A DNA stretch of 64,000 nt from Octopus sinensis (lineage: Eukaryota). The stretch is taken from contig NC_043000.1 in assembly GCF_006345805.1 (NCBI RefSeq), forward strand, positions 22,382,001 to 22,446,000. The letters run 5' to 3'. This document shows positions 11,758-23,998 of this stretch, piece by piece. The notes beneath the pieces are model-generated. The model saw only the letters and a list, made by a program, of their open reading frames with translations, was not told the origin of the DNA and ran no database searches. Position numbers and translations under genes: made by a program. The first letter of the stretch is position 1; every line of letters starts with the position of its first letter.

Positions 11758-11911
11758 TATATCGTAAAAAACTGCTTTCTCTGTATTTTTGTTGTTTTTT
11801 TTTTTTTGTATGATTGATATTTTACAGAATTCTTTTGTAATTTCAGAAATAAAGCATTCCCTAAAGTTTTTTCTTTTTGTCTGGAAATTTCGTAAAATAA
11901 CTGATTAATTT

Positions 11912-12130
11912 AACCCTTTAGCATTTAAACCAGCCATATCCAGCCAAAATATTGTCCGTTTTCTGTTTGAGATGGCAAGATCCAACCTCTCACACCTATC
12001 CTGTAATGTCATTCTAAAAATAATCAAAGCTTCAAAATCTCAAAGCTAATGAGATAATGCATGATTAATTCAAAACATTGTAAATTTAATAAGTTCTACA
12101 TTTGACAGTAATATGAATGCTAAAGGGTTA
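11912..12130. mobile_element. piggyBac-type MITE
   Basis: TTAA-CCCTTTAGCATT ... AATGCTAAAGGG-TTAA. Related inverted copy at about 47660-47888. Confidence 0.75.
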
Positions 12131-12289
12131 ATAAACGCTAGTAATTAGTTTCATCATTACAAAATTACTGGATCTGATTTCTAGTGAATGTGACATAACT
12201 TGCTATTTTATTTCAGAATGAAATTTAACCTTATCATGCTATGTTTCTGGTAAGGCGGTAATGAACTAAAGACAGAAAAAAAATATATA

Positions 12290-12812
12290 CCATAAACCCT
12301 TGAGTATAGTCCACACTTGAGTATAATATGCAGGGGATTTTTAGGGGGCTGTACTTCTGAAAAACCTAAACTTTGTGTATAATACGCACCCCTTCTCTAA
12401 CTTGAGTCGTGCGTAATTAAGCCAGCAGTACCTAGTCGAACAAACACTTCCACGCATGCATAATACAATAATGGTGATGTTCTTAACTGTTATATAGGAA
12501 TGTAAATACGTTTGCAAATTGTTTTTGTTACATGTTATTCTGTGTTCTGAATACTTTGATTTTAATAAATGTTGCTTACTCCCAAGTTATAGATGATTCT
12601 TTTATGACTTCATTGCTTTCAGGTTTAGCTTAAGGTATTTTCGCACCCAATATCACAAAATGTGTCTGAATAAACATTGCCGGACAGCAAATAGAAACTC
12701 GGACACTGCTTAGAAAATATTTTTTATTTTTAACCTCGTATATAGTACGCACCAGGGATTTTGACTTTTAAATTTTGGGGAAAAAATGCGAATTATACTC
12801 GAGGATTTACAG
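12290..12812. mobile_element. pogo/Tigger-type MITE
   Basis: TA-CCATAAACCCTTGAGTATA ... TATACTCGAGGATTTACAG-TA terminal inverted repeats with TA TSD. Confidence 0.75.
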
Positions 12813-13377
12813 TACATAAAATAAGATAGCTGATCATGTTTCAGCTTTGTGTTTATGACTCAATGTTAATGGTGTCTCCCTTAACTGTTGTTTACTTTTG
12901 TTTTTAATCTTAAAAATATAACGATTTTGTGATGAACCCAGCGTTTCATCTTGTAAATGAGCAGGGCCTAGACTCTTTGCAGTTGAGGAAATTATTGATG
13001 GTAATTATTCTTTGAGTGAAGAGTGTACCCTTATGCAGACCGTATCAGGACAATTACCTACTCCAATATATTAAGTTTTAAATCATCATTAATTGTCCAT
13101 GGGGTGTAAATGTCCGAGACTCATGCAAACAATGAGAATGATTTGGGCAATCAAACTGGTCTAAGTGATGAGGGAAGTAGCGATTCAGGTGAATGAGTTA
13201 GTTGAGAGATGGGCCTCTTACTCTGAATTTTTCTTTTTGTGATTCTGTCCATTTGATTGCCTGCTATGAACAAATGCAGTAATTGAGAAAAAGGCCTAGT
13301 CTGAATCTTGTGATTCTGTCCATTAGTTTGCCTGCAATCGTTCATCTTGAGCTGTAAATGCAACTATTTATTTTTTT

Positions 13378-13670
13378 CTCAGGAGCCCAGGTAGAAAGTA
13401 AAGTTAGACACAGGGGACCAGGTGTGAAAGGGTTAAAGAAGAAAATATATGGGTTTTTATGTGTAAGTTGTTCATGTATACATATGCTAATTATCAGATG
13501 AGTTTAAAACATTTTGAATATTGAGCATGGGCGGGGTGTGAAAACTCACAAAAACAATAAATTATGAAAGGGGTAGGGCATTTGTGTTGGGATGAAAGAG
13601 CGTGACAGATAGACAAGCAGGTGTCTTGTCACAACAGATGGGTTATTAGAGGAGGTGATCCAGTATCAAA
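13378..13670 (+). repeat. About 290-bp direct repeat, copy 1
   Basis: Near-identical start CTCAGGAGCC.AGGTAGAA.GTAAAGTTAGACACAGGG and end GTGATCCAGTATCAAA shared with 15632-15919. Confidence 0.85.
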
Positions 13671-13929
13671 TGGAAGGTTAGAATGTATCAGAGAAATAGA
13701 GAGGCAGAAATAGGTGTCTTGCTATAGAGGAGGTACATGGTTACTTCGAGAGAGGTAGAAAAAGAGGCCAGAAAAAGTGTGCTGATGTAAAGGTGATATT
13801 TGGTTACCTAGTCAGGAATAATAGGAGAGTGACCAAGGCGAAAGAGAGAGAGTAGGAAACAGCAAAATTGTAAGAGATTGCAGAAAAGAGATGGTGTAGT
13901 GCTAGGGTATACTCACAAGTAACAAGAAT

Positions 13930-14280
13930 ATGAGCGAGCTTGCTTACCAACCACATGGTTCTGGGTTCATTTCCACTGCGTGGCACCTTGGACAAGTGTC
14001 TTCTACTATAGCCTTGAGTGGATTTGGTAGACAGAAACTGAAAGAAGCCCATCGTATATATGTATGTATATATATATATATATATGTTTGTCCCCCCAAC
14101 ATCGCTTGACAACTGATGCTGGTGTGTTTACGTCTCCGTAACTTAGTGGTTTGGCAAAAGAGACTGATAGAACAAGTACTAGGCTTCCAAAGAATAAATC
14201 CTGGGGTCAATTTGCTCGACTAAAGGTGGTGCTCTAGCATGGCCACAGTCAAATGACTGAAACAAGTAAAAGAGAGAGTA
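13930..14280 (+). mobile_element. SINE family A
   Basis: Head, ACCTTGGACAAGT, TA/TG microsatellite, CAGCATGGCCACAGTCAAATGACTGAAAC tail. Confidence 0.85.
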
Positions 14281-14612
14281 GAACCTAGTAGGGAGTAAAA
14301 CAGCCATATATAACTTATGGAGAAATGGGAGAGATTCAACTACGGGCTCCTTCCAAAAGGATGGTGAAGAACCTGACAGAAGATTGTTGCTGGGAAAGGT
14401 GAGGCCATGATGTGAATATTTTCTTAACCTTTTCAAACTAGTCGGGGTTCAGCCTCTCACACTTCCCTACAATGACATTCTAAAAATAATCATATCATTG
14501 AAATTTCAAAGCTTCAAAATAATTCATGATTAATTCAAAACTGAATAAATAAGCATTACATTTGACAGAATAATCTGGATGCTAAAGGTAAAGATAGTAG
14601 GGCATTATTTAA

Positions 14613-14820
14613 CCCTTTCGTAACCTTCTGGTTCTGTAATACAAATGTCTTGTTTTCATAAGTTTTGAATTAAAATCTTCCACCAAACCTTAGTCACAAT
14701 TTATGTTCCTAACGCTAGCTTAATGATAACTAAGTTATTTTACTAAATTCTTTGTTATATTTAAAGTAATTGAGAGAAACACAGAGCATCTCAATATAAA
14801 TACAGTAATGAAAGGGTTAA
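14613..14820. mobile_element. piggyBac-type MITE
   Basis: TTAA-CCCTTTCGT ... ATGAAAGGG-TTAA. Close second copy at 25470-25695. Confidence 0.75.
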
Positions 14821-15631
14821 GGCTGATTTGGTTACTCTCAAATGAATTTGTAAAGGTACCCTCAGTAATCCTGTGTTTTTATGCTGTCATGGGTTATGTA
14901 TGCTTGGGTGACATCAGAGTACTATATCGAGGCTTTTGTAATGAAAATATATTTGATGTTATAGAAATTTCTGTTTCTGGGTAGAATTCTGACAAGTTCA
15001 ACACGTACAGGAATTGCAAATAGCTGACTCGATGAAATGTAACGCAAGTTGAAGGGCTTGCTAATTCATACTTTGTCACTAATGTGTTCTGTATTCATGG
15101 TTTAAATAACACTCAGTACCCTATAAAACTTATAAATAGGTATCATACAGCTGTGCAGATTACCATCATAAACTGTAGATTCACGCTATAATTGCTGTTA
15201 TTTGTTGGCTCTGTTTAGTTCAAATTATTAATCGAATTTCAAAAGAAAAGGGCTTGTCTTTCCACCAGATAAATTTTTTTTAAATAAGGATTTCAAGTGG
15301 AAATCCTATGAACCACTGGATTACAGGACTTGTTTCATGTGTATAACTGATTGGTTCAATCCCAGTATATTTCTGCAATTTTTGTGCAGATGCTGTAAAA
15401 TACTTCCATAACAAAGTTCTTGTATATTATCTCCTTACTTTGGCTATTATCCCTCTTATTACCTCCCCTTAAAATATTTTTCTCATTGTCACAACTAACA
15501 AATCTATTTAACAGTTTTATTAAATAAACATTTCATCTCTGTGACAGGGCTTTGCCTGAAACATTAGAGTTCTCTTCCTCATGATATGATTTATTACACT
15601 TTGCAAACCTTTTGTTCTTAGTATTTTTTTG

Positions 15632-15919
15632 CTCAGGAGCCTAGGTAGAAGGTAAAGTTAGACACAGGGGACCAGGTGTGAAAGGGTTAAAGAAGAAAAT
15701 ATATGGGTTTTTATGTGTAAGTTCTTCATCTATGCATATGCTAATTATCTGATGTGTTTAAAATATTTGGAACATTGAGCATGAGGGGGGGGGGAACTCA
15801 AACTCAATGAATTATGAGAGAGGCAGGGCATTTGTGTCAGGATGAAATAGTGTGACAAAGAGACAGAAGCAGGTGTCTTGCCACAACAGAGGGGTTATTA
15901 CAGGTGATCCAGTATCAAA
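15632..15919 (+). repeat. About 290-bp direct repeat, copy 2
   Basis: See 13378-13670. Confidence 0.85.
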
Positions 15920-16184
15920 CTATAACTAGGTTCTTAAAATTCTACTGTTTCACTTGTACAACAGGGTCTCTATCTCCATTTAGAAGCACAATACTTCATT
16001 TTAACCCTTTTCATATCAACTGACCCTTCTTCTATGATACAAGCTTTCACTATTAAGTGATCTAAATTAAAACTGCATGTAAATTTATGCTGCAATTACC
16101 AGCTTAGTAACAACCGAGATAGTTTAGTAAATCCTTTATTTTTAAAATTAATTGAAATAAAGAACACAACAGTTCTATATTTGA

Positions 16185-16620
16185 GAGAAGAGGAATTATG
16201 TACATTATTTACATTTGACGGATATTTGTCATCTTGTAACAGACAGAGAACACCCCTGGAAAATAAAAACTAAAACAAGTAGTACATATGCTAGGGCATA
16301 ATAGCTTCCTAAGCAGACCAAGTGCAGATATGAGTAGCATATGGGAAATGGTATTAAGGAAGGATAGGAAAATATTAAATTTATAAGCCTTAAAATTCAC
16401 TTCATAGTTGCCCACAAGCATATGGCGTAGTAGTTAAGAGCGTAGGCTTCTAACCCCAAAATTCTGAGTTCAATTCCAGGCAGTGACCTGAATAATAATA
16501 ATATTGAAAAATACCTTAGGAATGAGAGCCCAGGTTTGAAACTTCCCCAAGACATTTGATGAAGGTTGGAGAGTATATCAGCTGAAATATGTTAACAACA
16601 AACAAGATGAGGACAAATAT
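16185..16620 (+). mobile_element. Second family E element (tRNA head + hammerhead-like motif) with remnant inverted left tail
   Basis: Inverted tail at 16185-16237. GCCCACAAGCATATGGCGTAG head at 16410. TTGATGA..stem..GAAA at 16556-16587. Confidence 0.8.
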
Positions 16621-17361
16621 AAATAAGAAATATGGTAAGAAAAGGGGTTAACATTTTGATTTTGGTGATAGTCAATAGCTAAAAGATGGTTTGACTAAAA
16701 GCAACCTTACTATTAACCCCTTCCCTGGTGGGATTTTTTGGGATAAACCTTTCATTTTAAGACATTTTTTTTTTGTAGTATTTTTAATGCTGATTATGGA
16801 AATAACTTCTGTTTTTATGTATTTCCAATATTTTATTTTGAAGATACCGTTTTTGGTGCAAAAACGAGGTAACTCATCTCCCCATATTTTTTTTATTTAT
16901 TGCTTTTTTCTTTCCAACTTTATCAAAAGTAAAGGGGAATTACACATTTTACTCTTTTTAGCATGCCCTCACAAAAATCATTTTTTTTCCAATTTTTATA
17001 ACCAAAAGTAAATGTAAATAAAATACTGTACTTATTTTACCTACTCCTCACTTAAGAAAGAATAGCCATTATCAGACGAGCTTGCACTCTCTCATCTGGT
17101 GTATCCAAGCTTCTAATAGAAGCTTCATACTCACCTTCTGAGCTTGACATCTGGGCATAATTTGTAAAAAAAATAAAATAAAATAAAAGCTGAGAAATGA
17201 CATATAAACTCATATGTGGCTGTTTTCAAAATTACGTTTTGGACTAGTTTACTCATCACACTCTGAAAATGACAAATTAACTCGTCTTTGCTGGGTAAGG
17301 GGTTAACACTACAAATTGATGGAGTTTCCAGTAGTGTGCTTATATCCTTATGAGTTACTGA

Positions 17362-17735
17362 GTGGAGGCGCAATGGCCCAGTGGTTAGGGCAGCGGACTC
17401 GTGGTTTCGATTCCCAGACCGGGCGTTGTGAGCGTTTATTGAGCGAAAACACCTAAAGCTCCACGAGGCTCCGGCAGGGGATGGTGGTGATCCCTGCTGT
17501 ACTCTTTCACCACAACTTTCTCTCACTCTTACTTCCTGTTTCTGTTGTACCTGTATTTCAAAGGGCCGGCCTTGTCACTCTCTGTGTCACGCTGAATATC
17601 CCCGGAACTACGTTAAGGGTACACGTGTCTGTGGAGTGCTCAGCCACTTACACATTAATTTCACGAGCAGGCTGTTCCGTTGATTCGGATCAACCGGAAC
17701 CCTCGTCGTCGTAACCGACGTAGTGTTTCCATCAT
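17362..17735 (+). mobile_element. SINE family D (tRNA head), well-preserved
   Basis: ATGGCCCAGTGGTTAGGGCAG..GGTTTCGATTCCC head. Body GGTACACGTGTCTGTGGAGTGCTCAGCCAC shared with 42550-42780, 49880-50200 and 60765-61050. Confidence 0.85.
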
Positions 17736-18029
17736 CATGAGTTACTGAATATTTTCAGTTATACTTTATTCTCTACCCTCTGGGCTACTTTCACATTCAA
17801 TGTTAAACTAAGGATTTCATTTCATTTAGCAAAAAGCCAACTGTTGCAAAGGAGGATTTTAGTTGAATTAACTAGTGTAACACTGGTTTGCTCCATGGAT
17901 GCTGTGAACATATTGATGTCTTTCCTTCATGGCATATCCATCAATTGGAGAGGTGATAAGTATGTTTGCAGCTTAGGCACTTGCTTATGGAAACAACAGA
18001 GATGGTTAAGTTACAGCCTCTACAATATC

Positions 18030-18205
18030 ATTATCATCATCGTTTAACGTCCGTTTTCCATGCTAGCACGGGTTGGACGGTTCAACCAGGGTCTGGGAAG
18101 CCAGGAGGCTGCACCAGGCTCCAGTCTGATCTGGCAGTGTTTCTACAGCTGGATGCCCTTCCTAATGCCAACCACTCCATGAGTGTAGTGGGTGTTTTTT
18201 ATGTG
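18030..18205 (-). mobile_element. RTE 3'-tail repeat, family B
   Basis: (ATC)n GTTTAACGTCCGTTTTCCATGCTAGC...GGATGCCCTTCCTAATGCCAACC. Confidence 0.85.
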
Positions 18206-18699
18206 TCAGGGGAGGTTAGCAGCGGCCACAAGACAAAACCAATACTGGCATTATTTTGAAGGAATAAAAGGTAAAGTTTACATCAATACATTCTTGATTC
18301 TCGTTTTATTCATGCAATATTTGGATTTCTTGTGTGAGCGCCAAATCTCATGTTGATAGAGAAGAAAAATGATGTCCTGATGCTGATTCTTCACATGAAA
18401 TAAAGTGAAATGACAAACAACCAAGGATCAAAAACAAGTTGTTTTAGAGCCTATGAGGGAGTCTCTGAACGGTATGTTGATGTGCAAGAACCTCAAATTA
18501 AGCTTTAGTCTTAAAAAAGCAAACATTGATAATGCACAGTACCCAGTTCAATTTTGTGTTAATCCAGTTAATCAATTTTGTGTCTTCTGGTTGAAATTCA
18601 CTGTACAGAAACTGTGTGGAAGGGCTGTACCTGCTTCCAAGTGATAAGTTAAGACTACTGACTGGTTTGACATCTGGCCCTTAAGTGTCGTAGGTCTGT

Positions 18700-19090
18700 G
18701 GCTTGAGACCATAAAATTATCAACCATCGCACAAACAATAACTCTGAGCACCTCTTCAAACTCCACCCATCTAACACCCGTGGACATATTTACAAAGTAA
18801 GAGAACAGCACAGCTCCCATGACTTCAGGAAACATTTTTTCACGCTGAGAGTTGCTGAAGCGTGGAACAAACTGCCGGCATCGGTTGTTAGTTGTCGGAG
18901 CACTGCATCCTTCAAAACTTCCATGCTTCCTGAGATTCGCCAACACTACACTTGATTTTCTCCCCTCCATACACACACAAGCATGTTCACTTTCCAGACA
19001 TTTCTACATTACTGCATGTACTTTATATGCACTTTCTGACAAGTTGTGGTGCACCTGAGCACTGTATACAATACTTTCATTATTATTATA
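18700..19090 (+). mobile_element. 3' end of a CR1/L2-group LINE
   Basis: Translates TRGHIYKVREQHSSHDFRKHFFTLRVAEAWNKLPASVVSCRSTASFK, the typical CR1/L2 ORF2 C-terminus. (ATT)n tail. Confidence 0.85.
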
Positions 19091-19510
19091 ATCTCTTATA
19101 ATGATGGGTGGGGGGGACTCTCAAGGAGTAGCATTCCTGAGCTAGTTTTCTACCATATTTCTTAAAAATTGTGGTAGAGGCCTTGGTCTTGGGATCACTC
19201 ATGTCTAGAAACTGAGGTTGGGGATAAGCAAGGACATGCTCCCCATAGAAAATCCAGCTCCAAAAAAGCCTCACAATAGCAAAGGAGAATGGGTGCCAGC
19301 CAGCCCAAAGGTTGAGGTGGGATGCACCTGCCTACCTCGGTTGCTATGGCATTGAGGTAGATCCAGCCACCCCTGTTAATAGGTACAAAACCCAGATTTA
19401 AAACACTGGATGATGATGATGATGAATTTCTTCCTACCTCCCAAAAGGGACACAGCATAGTTCTTCCTCATTAAAGCAATTAAAAACCATCCCCATTGTG
19501 TTGAACTTAC

Positions 19511-19725
19511 TCAGATTTCCATGAACCTGATCCTTCATCCAGTACTATCTTCCACGGCATGTAATAGTTCCCTTGACCATTATCAGTTAACTGCTCAATG
19601 TCTATAGCCGTAAGGTCACCAATGTCATTCTGACCATGTTGAGGTGTCAAGTGTAGTGTTGCTAATCTCCTTTTTTCTCTGATTGTATCTGATATTTTAG
19701 ATAGCTCGTTACATAATCTTTTCAT
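19511..19725 (-). CDS. Candidate coding exon of an unidentified minus-strand gene
   Basis: 72-codon ORF MKRLCNELSKISDTIREKRRLATLHLTPQ..YYMPWKIVLDEGSGSWKS, bounded by acceptor CCATTTTGTAG (exon starts 19759) and consensus donor GA|GTAAGT. No family recognised. Confidence 0.35.
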
Positions 19726-21639
19726 GACATATGGTTTGAATTTCTCTATTCAGTAATTGCTACAAAATGGGTCTACTAGGCAAAAGTGTTATATATATTT
19801 AAAAATATTAAAAAAAAAAAAAAAAAATTGAAGACCAAAAATAGCTTTCTTAATGATTTTTTATTTATTAAATCTCAACTTTATTGAAAGAAAGATTTCA
19901 GAAAGAACTCAATCAGAGAGGAATAATTCATCATCATTTAAATTTCCTATGCTGGTAAGCCAGTTCCAATTGTCTGTTTTGGTATGGTTTCTATGGCTGC
20001 CCGCCCTTCCTAATGCCAACCACTTTACAGAGTGTACTGGGTGATTTTTATGTGGCACCAATGTTAGAATCTTTTGAATTAACTTTTTACAAGGAGGTCT
20101 GATAGTGCATGAGGAATAATCGCTATAGGAATGTAACTATAAATAATACATGATAATCTCCAAGGTTATCAGGGTTCTCAAAAGGCTTCAAAGAGTCAAG
20201 TGAAAATACACCTGTATGGTTTCTTGTCTGGGAAAGATTTGAGCTTAGTACTGTAAGCTAAGAAACCATGTTTCAGTAACATTACTTCACCTTTTTTTAT
20301 ACCAACCCACTTCAGATCATCCTAGTTCTGCAATACAAATTCCTGTTTTTAAGTGATCTAAATCAAAGCCTTCTCTAAAAATTTCAAATTAATTCATGTT
20401 CCAAATTTAACCCATAAAGTGCTGGGACTTGCACTTACATTGCATGAACTGCTGAGCACATATTATGGAAATGAGATACCATGCACACATAAAAAACAAA
20501 AAAAAAATAGTTAAAATATCTTCTTAGTATATAATGGTGGCAAGTTTTACATCATCTGAAAAGTCATTAGTTAAACTATTAGTCCTCTTGCATTCTGGGG
20601 GGTATCGGAGTGTTTGAGAGACATTAGACCCCAACAAACACCCATAAATTAAATGCATCTATATGGGCCATGATTGTGGCCTGTTGACCTGTGCCTGACA
20701 GTAACGATCGTGGCCCATCACGCTTTATGTATTAATAGTGCTTAAGTAATTCTATCAAACCCTTCATTATTTTCAAAATTTATTGAAGTAAAAACAGTGA
20801 ATTTCAACAGAAATATAGTAATGAAAGGGTTAAACTGCTTATAATGGTGAACTGTAGTCTGTCCAAGATTTACAATTACATGGATTTCACCATTAAAGAG
20901 ATCAGTGCTAGTGATGGGATGAAAACCAATTGATTGATAGGCTGGCATCCTGAAAACTCAAATTTACCATTAACCGTTTAACAGTTTTAATCTTCCATTG
21001 TTAAGAACAATATAACCTTGTAATAGTTCTATTATGTGTTGGTAGTAGTATGTTAAGTAACTGTAATGGTACTAAATGGTGTATGATAAATTAGAGTTAA
21101 TAGCTGGACTAGATGTGTACTACTTACTCTTTTTACTGTGAAAAGTACCTGTGACCAAAAAAGAAAGAAAAAAAGGACAAGAATCAAACAAGTATTATGC
21201 AACAAACTGTTTGTCTAAAAGGTAGAAGAAACAATTAGAATTAAATTATTAGGTGCGTGTTGAATTTCGACTGTTATGGAAAATGACATTATCATAAGAA
21301 AGGAGTGAATTTATGAGATGAAGAATCACCTGTAATGTTTTTCAAATTCAATGGTTTAATATTAAACTTCAAAAGAGAGAGAGGTAGGGGGAAGAATTGA
21401 CTGGTACTTTTTCAACCCTACTGAAAAGATAAGGTAAAGCTAACATAGGTAAGATTTTGAGTGAAAGCAGAGGGAAATGGAATAGCAGACAGTGTTATCT
21501 AAAACTAACAATTGTCAACGAGCCAGCTGTGGTTTCCATCCTCTTCACCTCCAAGGCCCTCCCCACTTTCATTGAAATCAATTTTTCCCAGACCCCAGGT
21601 ATTTTTTAAAGACATATGTCTGCTCAACAAACCGGTTTT

Positions 21640-22870
21640 ACTAACAACAAACTCGTTTTCTAAGCTTCGTCTCTTCACTGAAAGAGCTATGCAATAAAAT
21701 AAAATGCCAGTGTTAAAATCACATTCCACATTTATCCTGTTTCTATAAGAACAAAAAAAAAAAAAAAACAGCTGGGTGAAAGCCTTCTCACATAAATTTG
21801 TAGTTGAGTATGTTGTAAATATCTCAATTGTTTGAATGCCAGTTCTGGCCACTCAATTTCACATGTAACTAATACTAGAAACTTGACCTCAATGAATCTT
21901 ATTTTATTTCTTTTTACAACTATATGAAATGGAACACAAACTCACTTGTTATTGTCATACACAAGAGGGAAATCTTTATATATAAAAGTGAGGTTGTGTG
22001 CTGTCTGTCTCCTACGATTTAGATTCCTAACTACTCCCACATTTTGCGGTGCAGTTTAACCAAAACCGGGTATCTTATAGTCGTGATTCATATCGAGCCC
22101 TTCTGGGTATTAGCACGCGTCTACGATGAGTCTACGATTTAAAAAAAAATTTACCATCAATTTTTAATGCATTTTTGGCATATATAAGGGAAGTAACTCT
22201 CTAAAAATTTATTATTAAATCTCAGAACGTAAAAAGCTACAGTAACACCCCCCCTTTGTGGTTAGCCATATTGAGATGGCTATTATACTTTACATCTCTA
22301 AAAATGCTTATATAGTTATTTCCCTTACAAACCTGAGCAACGCCGGGCGATACTGCTTGTAATATCTAAAACTATTTCAATCCTACAAGTCATGAATGAA
22401 ATAGTGTCTTATTTCTTCAGAGTTGTCAACACCAGATGCTGAGAGCTATACAAACAACAACACTTTGAAGGCATTCAGTCTACAAAACTAATTTCATGAT
22501 CAAGACTTACAATTTAGCTGCAGATCCCCCTTGCAGTTGTAAATCCAGGCCATTTAAATGTTAGCGAAGACACCATGAAGAGTTAATGAATCATTTGCTC
22601 CTATAAAATGACTTATCACAAAGAAATAACTGTCCTTCATCTACTTTCACTTCTTTATCCAGTCGTCTTTGAAGTTTTTCTGACAATAATGTCGTTTGAC
22701 ATTTGGTTTTATTTGGCTTGTATACTGTTCTCTGGACATTGTAGAAGCCTCATCATTACCAAATCCTTCACGTTCTGACCACCCAATTTCTTTTGCATTT
22801 ATCAAATCATTCAAACTATTAATGGTAGTATGTACACTGCCAAAGACTGCCCAACAGAAAGTCATCACTA
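21640..22870 (-). mobile_element. Highly decayed hAT (Charlie-like) transposase remnant, interrupted by a Helitron
   Basis: STTNLCEKAF..YRNRINVECD resembles the hAT dimerisation motif (21690-21850). Weaker similarity (IGWSEREGFGNDEASTM; LSEKLQRRLDKEVKV) at 22600-22870. Confidence 0.5.
21973..22359 (+). mobile_element. Non-autonomous Helitron
   Basis: A|TC(TTTATATATA) start. Subterminal GC hairpin CCTGAGCAACGCCGGGC. End CTTG|T (mutated CTAG). Confidence 0.75.
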
Positions 22871-22904
22871 ATTATCGAATTCTCTGCCATGACACCAATG
22901 AAAT

Positions 22905-23103
22905 GGTAGGTGCCATGCAAACTGACACCTGTGCCAGTGGCATGTAAAAGCACCCACTACACTAAATGAGTGGTTGGGATTAGGAAGGGCATCCAGCTGT
23001 AGAAGCCATGCCAAATCAGACTAGGGTCTAGTGCAGTCCCTCAGTTTTCTAGCCCTGGTCAAACCGTCCAATCCATGCCAGCATGGACAACGGATGATGA
23101 TGA
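22905..23103 (+). mobile_element. RTE 3'-tail repeat, family B
   Basis: GGCATGTAAAAGCACCCACTACAC..GGAAGGGCATCCAGCTGTAG..(GAT)n. Confidence 0.8.
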
Positions 23104-23104
23104 A

Positions 23105-23268
23105 TATCAGCAAACGAACACTTATTCGTCTGCTGTTACGTTCTGAGTTCAACTTTGCCTTTCATCTTTTGGGGTCGATAAATTAAGTACCAGTTACGCA
23201 CTGGGGTCAATGTAATTGACTTAATCCCTTTGTCTGTTCTTGTGTAGCCCCTTGTGGGTAGTATAGAA
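23105..23268 (+). mobile_element. SINE family C
   Basis: GTTCTGAGTTCAA..CTTTGCCTTTCATC..GGGGTCGATAAATTAAGTACCAG core. Confidence 0.8.
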
Positions 23269-23819
23269 GAAAAAAAAACATGAAGTTTCATCTCATCATC
23301 ATTGTTTAGCATCTGCTTTCCATGCTAGCATGGGTTCTAAATATTAACTTATAAGCCCTCTTCTCACAAGTTGATTTTTAACATTATCAAATGTCTTCTA
23401 CCTACAGTATCCAATGATCCACAAGACTGCAACAAGTTCCTATGTCAAGTTTAGCATGATTTCTATAGCTGGATGCCCTTCTTAACACCAACCACTTTAC
23501 AGTGTGTCTGTTTGTCCTCAAGTATTCTAGAAGTAATTGCCTTGGTAGCAAGCAGGATTAATTTCTCTGCTATAGTCTGCAGTTTTCCACTCTTTGCTCT
23601 ATTAAATAAGCTGTGATATTTGTTCACCTACATCACAATCACCATCATGGAACATACAATTTTCAATGGGTCAAACAGAATATGTTGAGGTAGATTTTCT
23701 ACAGTCAGTTGCCCTTCCTGTTGCCAACCTTCACCTGTTTCCATGGAAGACTGGAAATCAACAGCATCACTTGCACAACAGTGATGCTCATTCACAATCA
23801 TCATGTAAGGTCCAAGACA

Positions 23820-23998
23820 AGGGTACACACAAACATAAGACAGGCTTCTTTCACTTTCCATCTACCAAATCCATCCACTCAGCTTTGGTCAGTCTGGGGC
23901 TAAAGTAGAAGATACCTGTGTAAGGTGCTTTACAGTGGGACTGAACCCAAGACCATACAGGTGAGCAGCAAGTTTCTTAACTACACACTCACACCTAT
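23820..23998 (-). mobile_element. SINE family A, 5' half
   Basis: Reverse complement of head and ACAGGCTTCTTTCA.TTTC body. Confidence 0.7.

Noticed and set aside
14894-15430. Several protein-like open stretches on the minus strand
   Set aside because: They do not join in frame through splice sites, and stops occur in all frames of the best-bounded exon. Such lengths arise by chance.
22511-22602. Exon-like segment (AG...GTAAGT) on the minus strand
   Set aside because: All frames are interrupted, and it lies in the hAT remnant.
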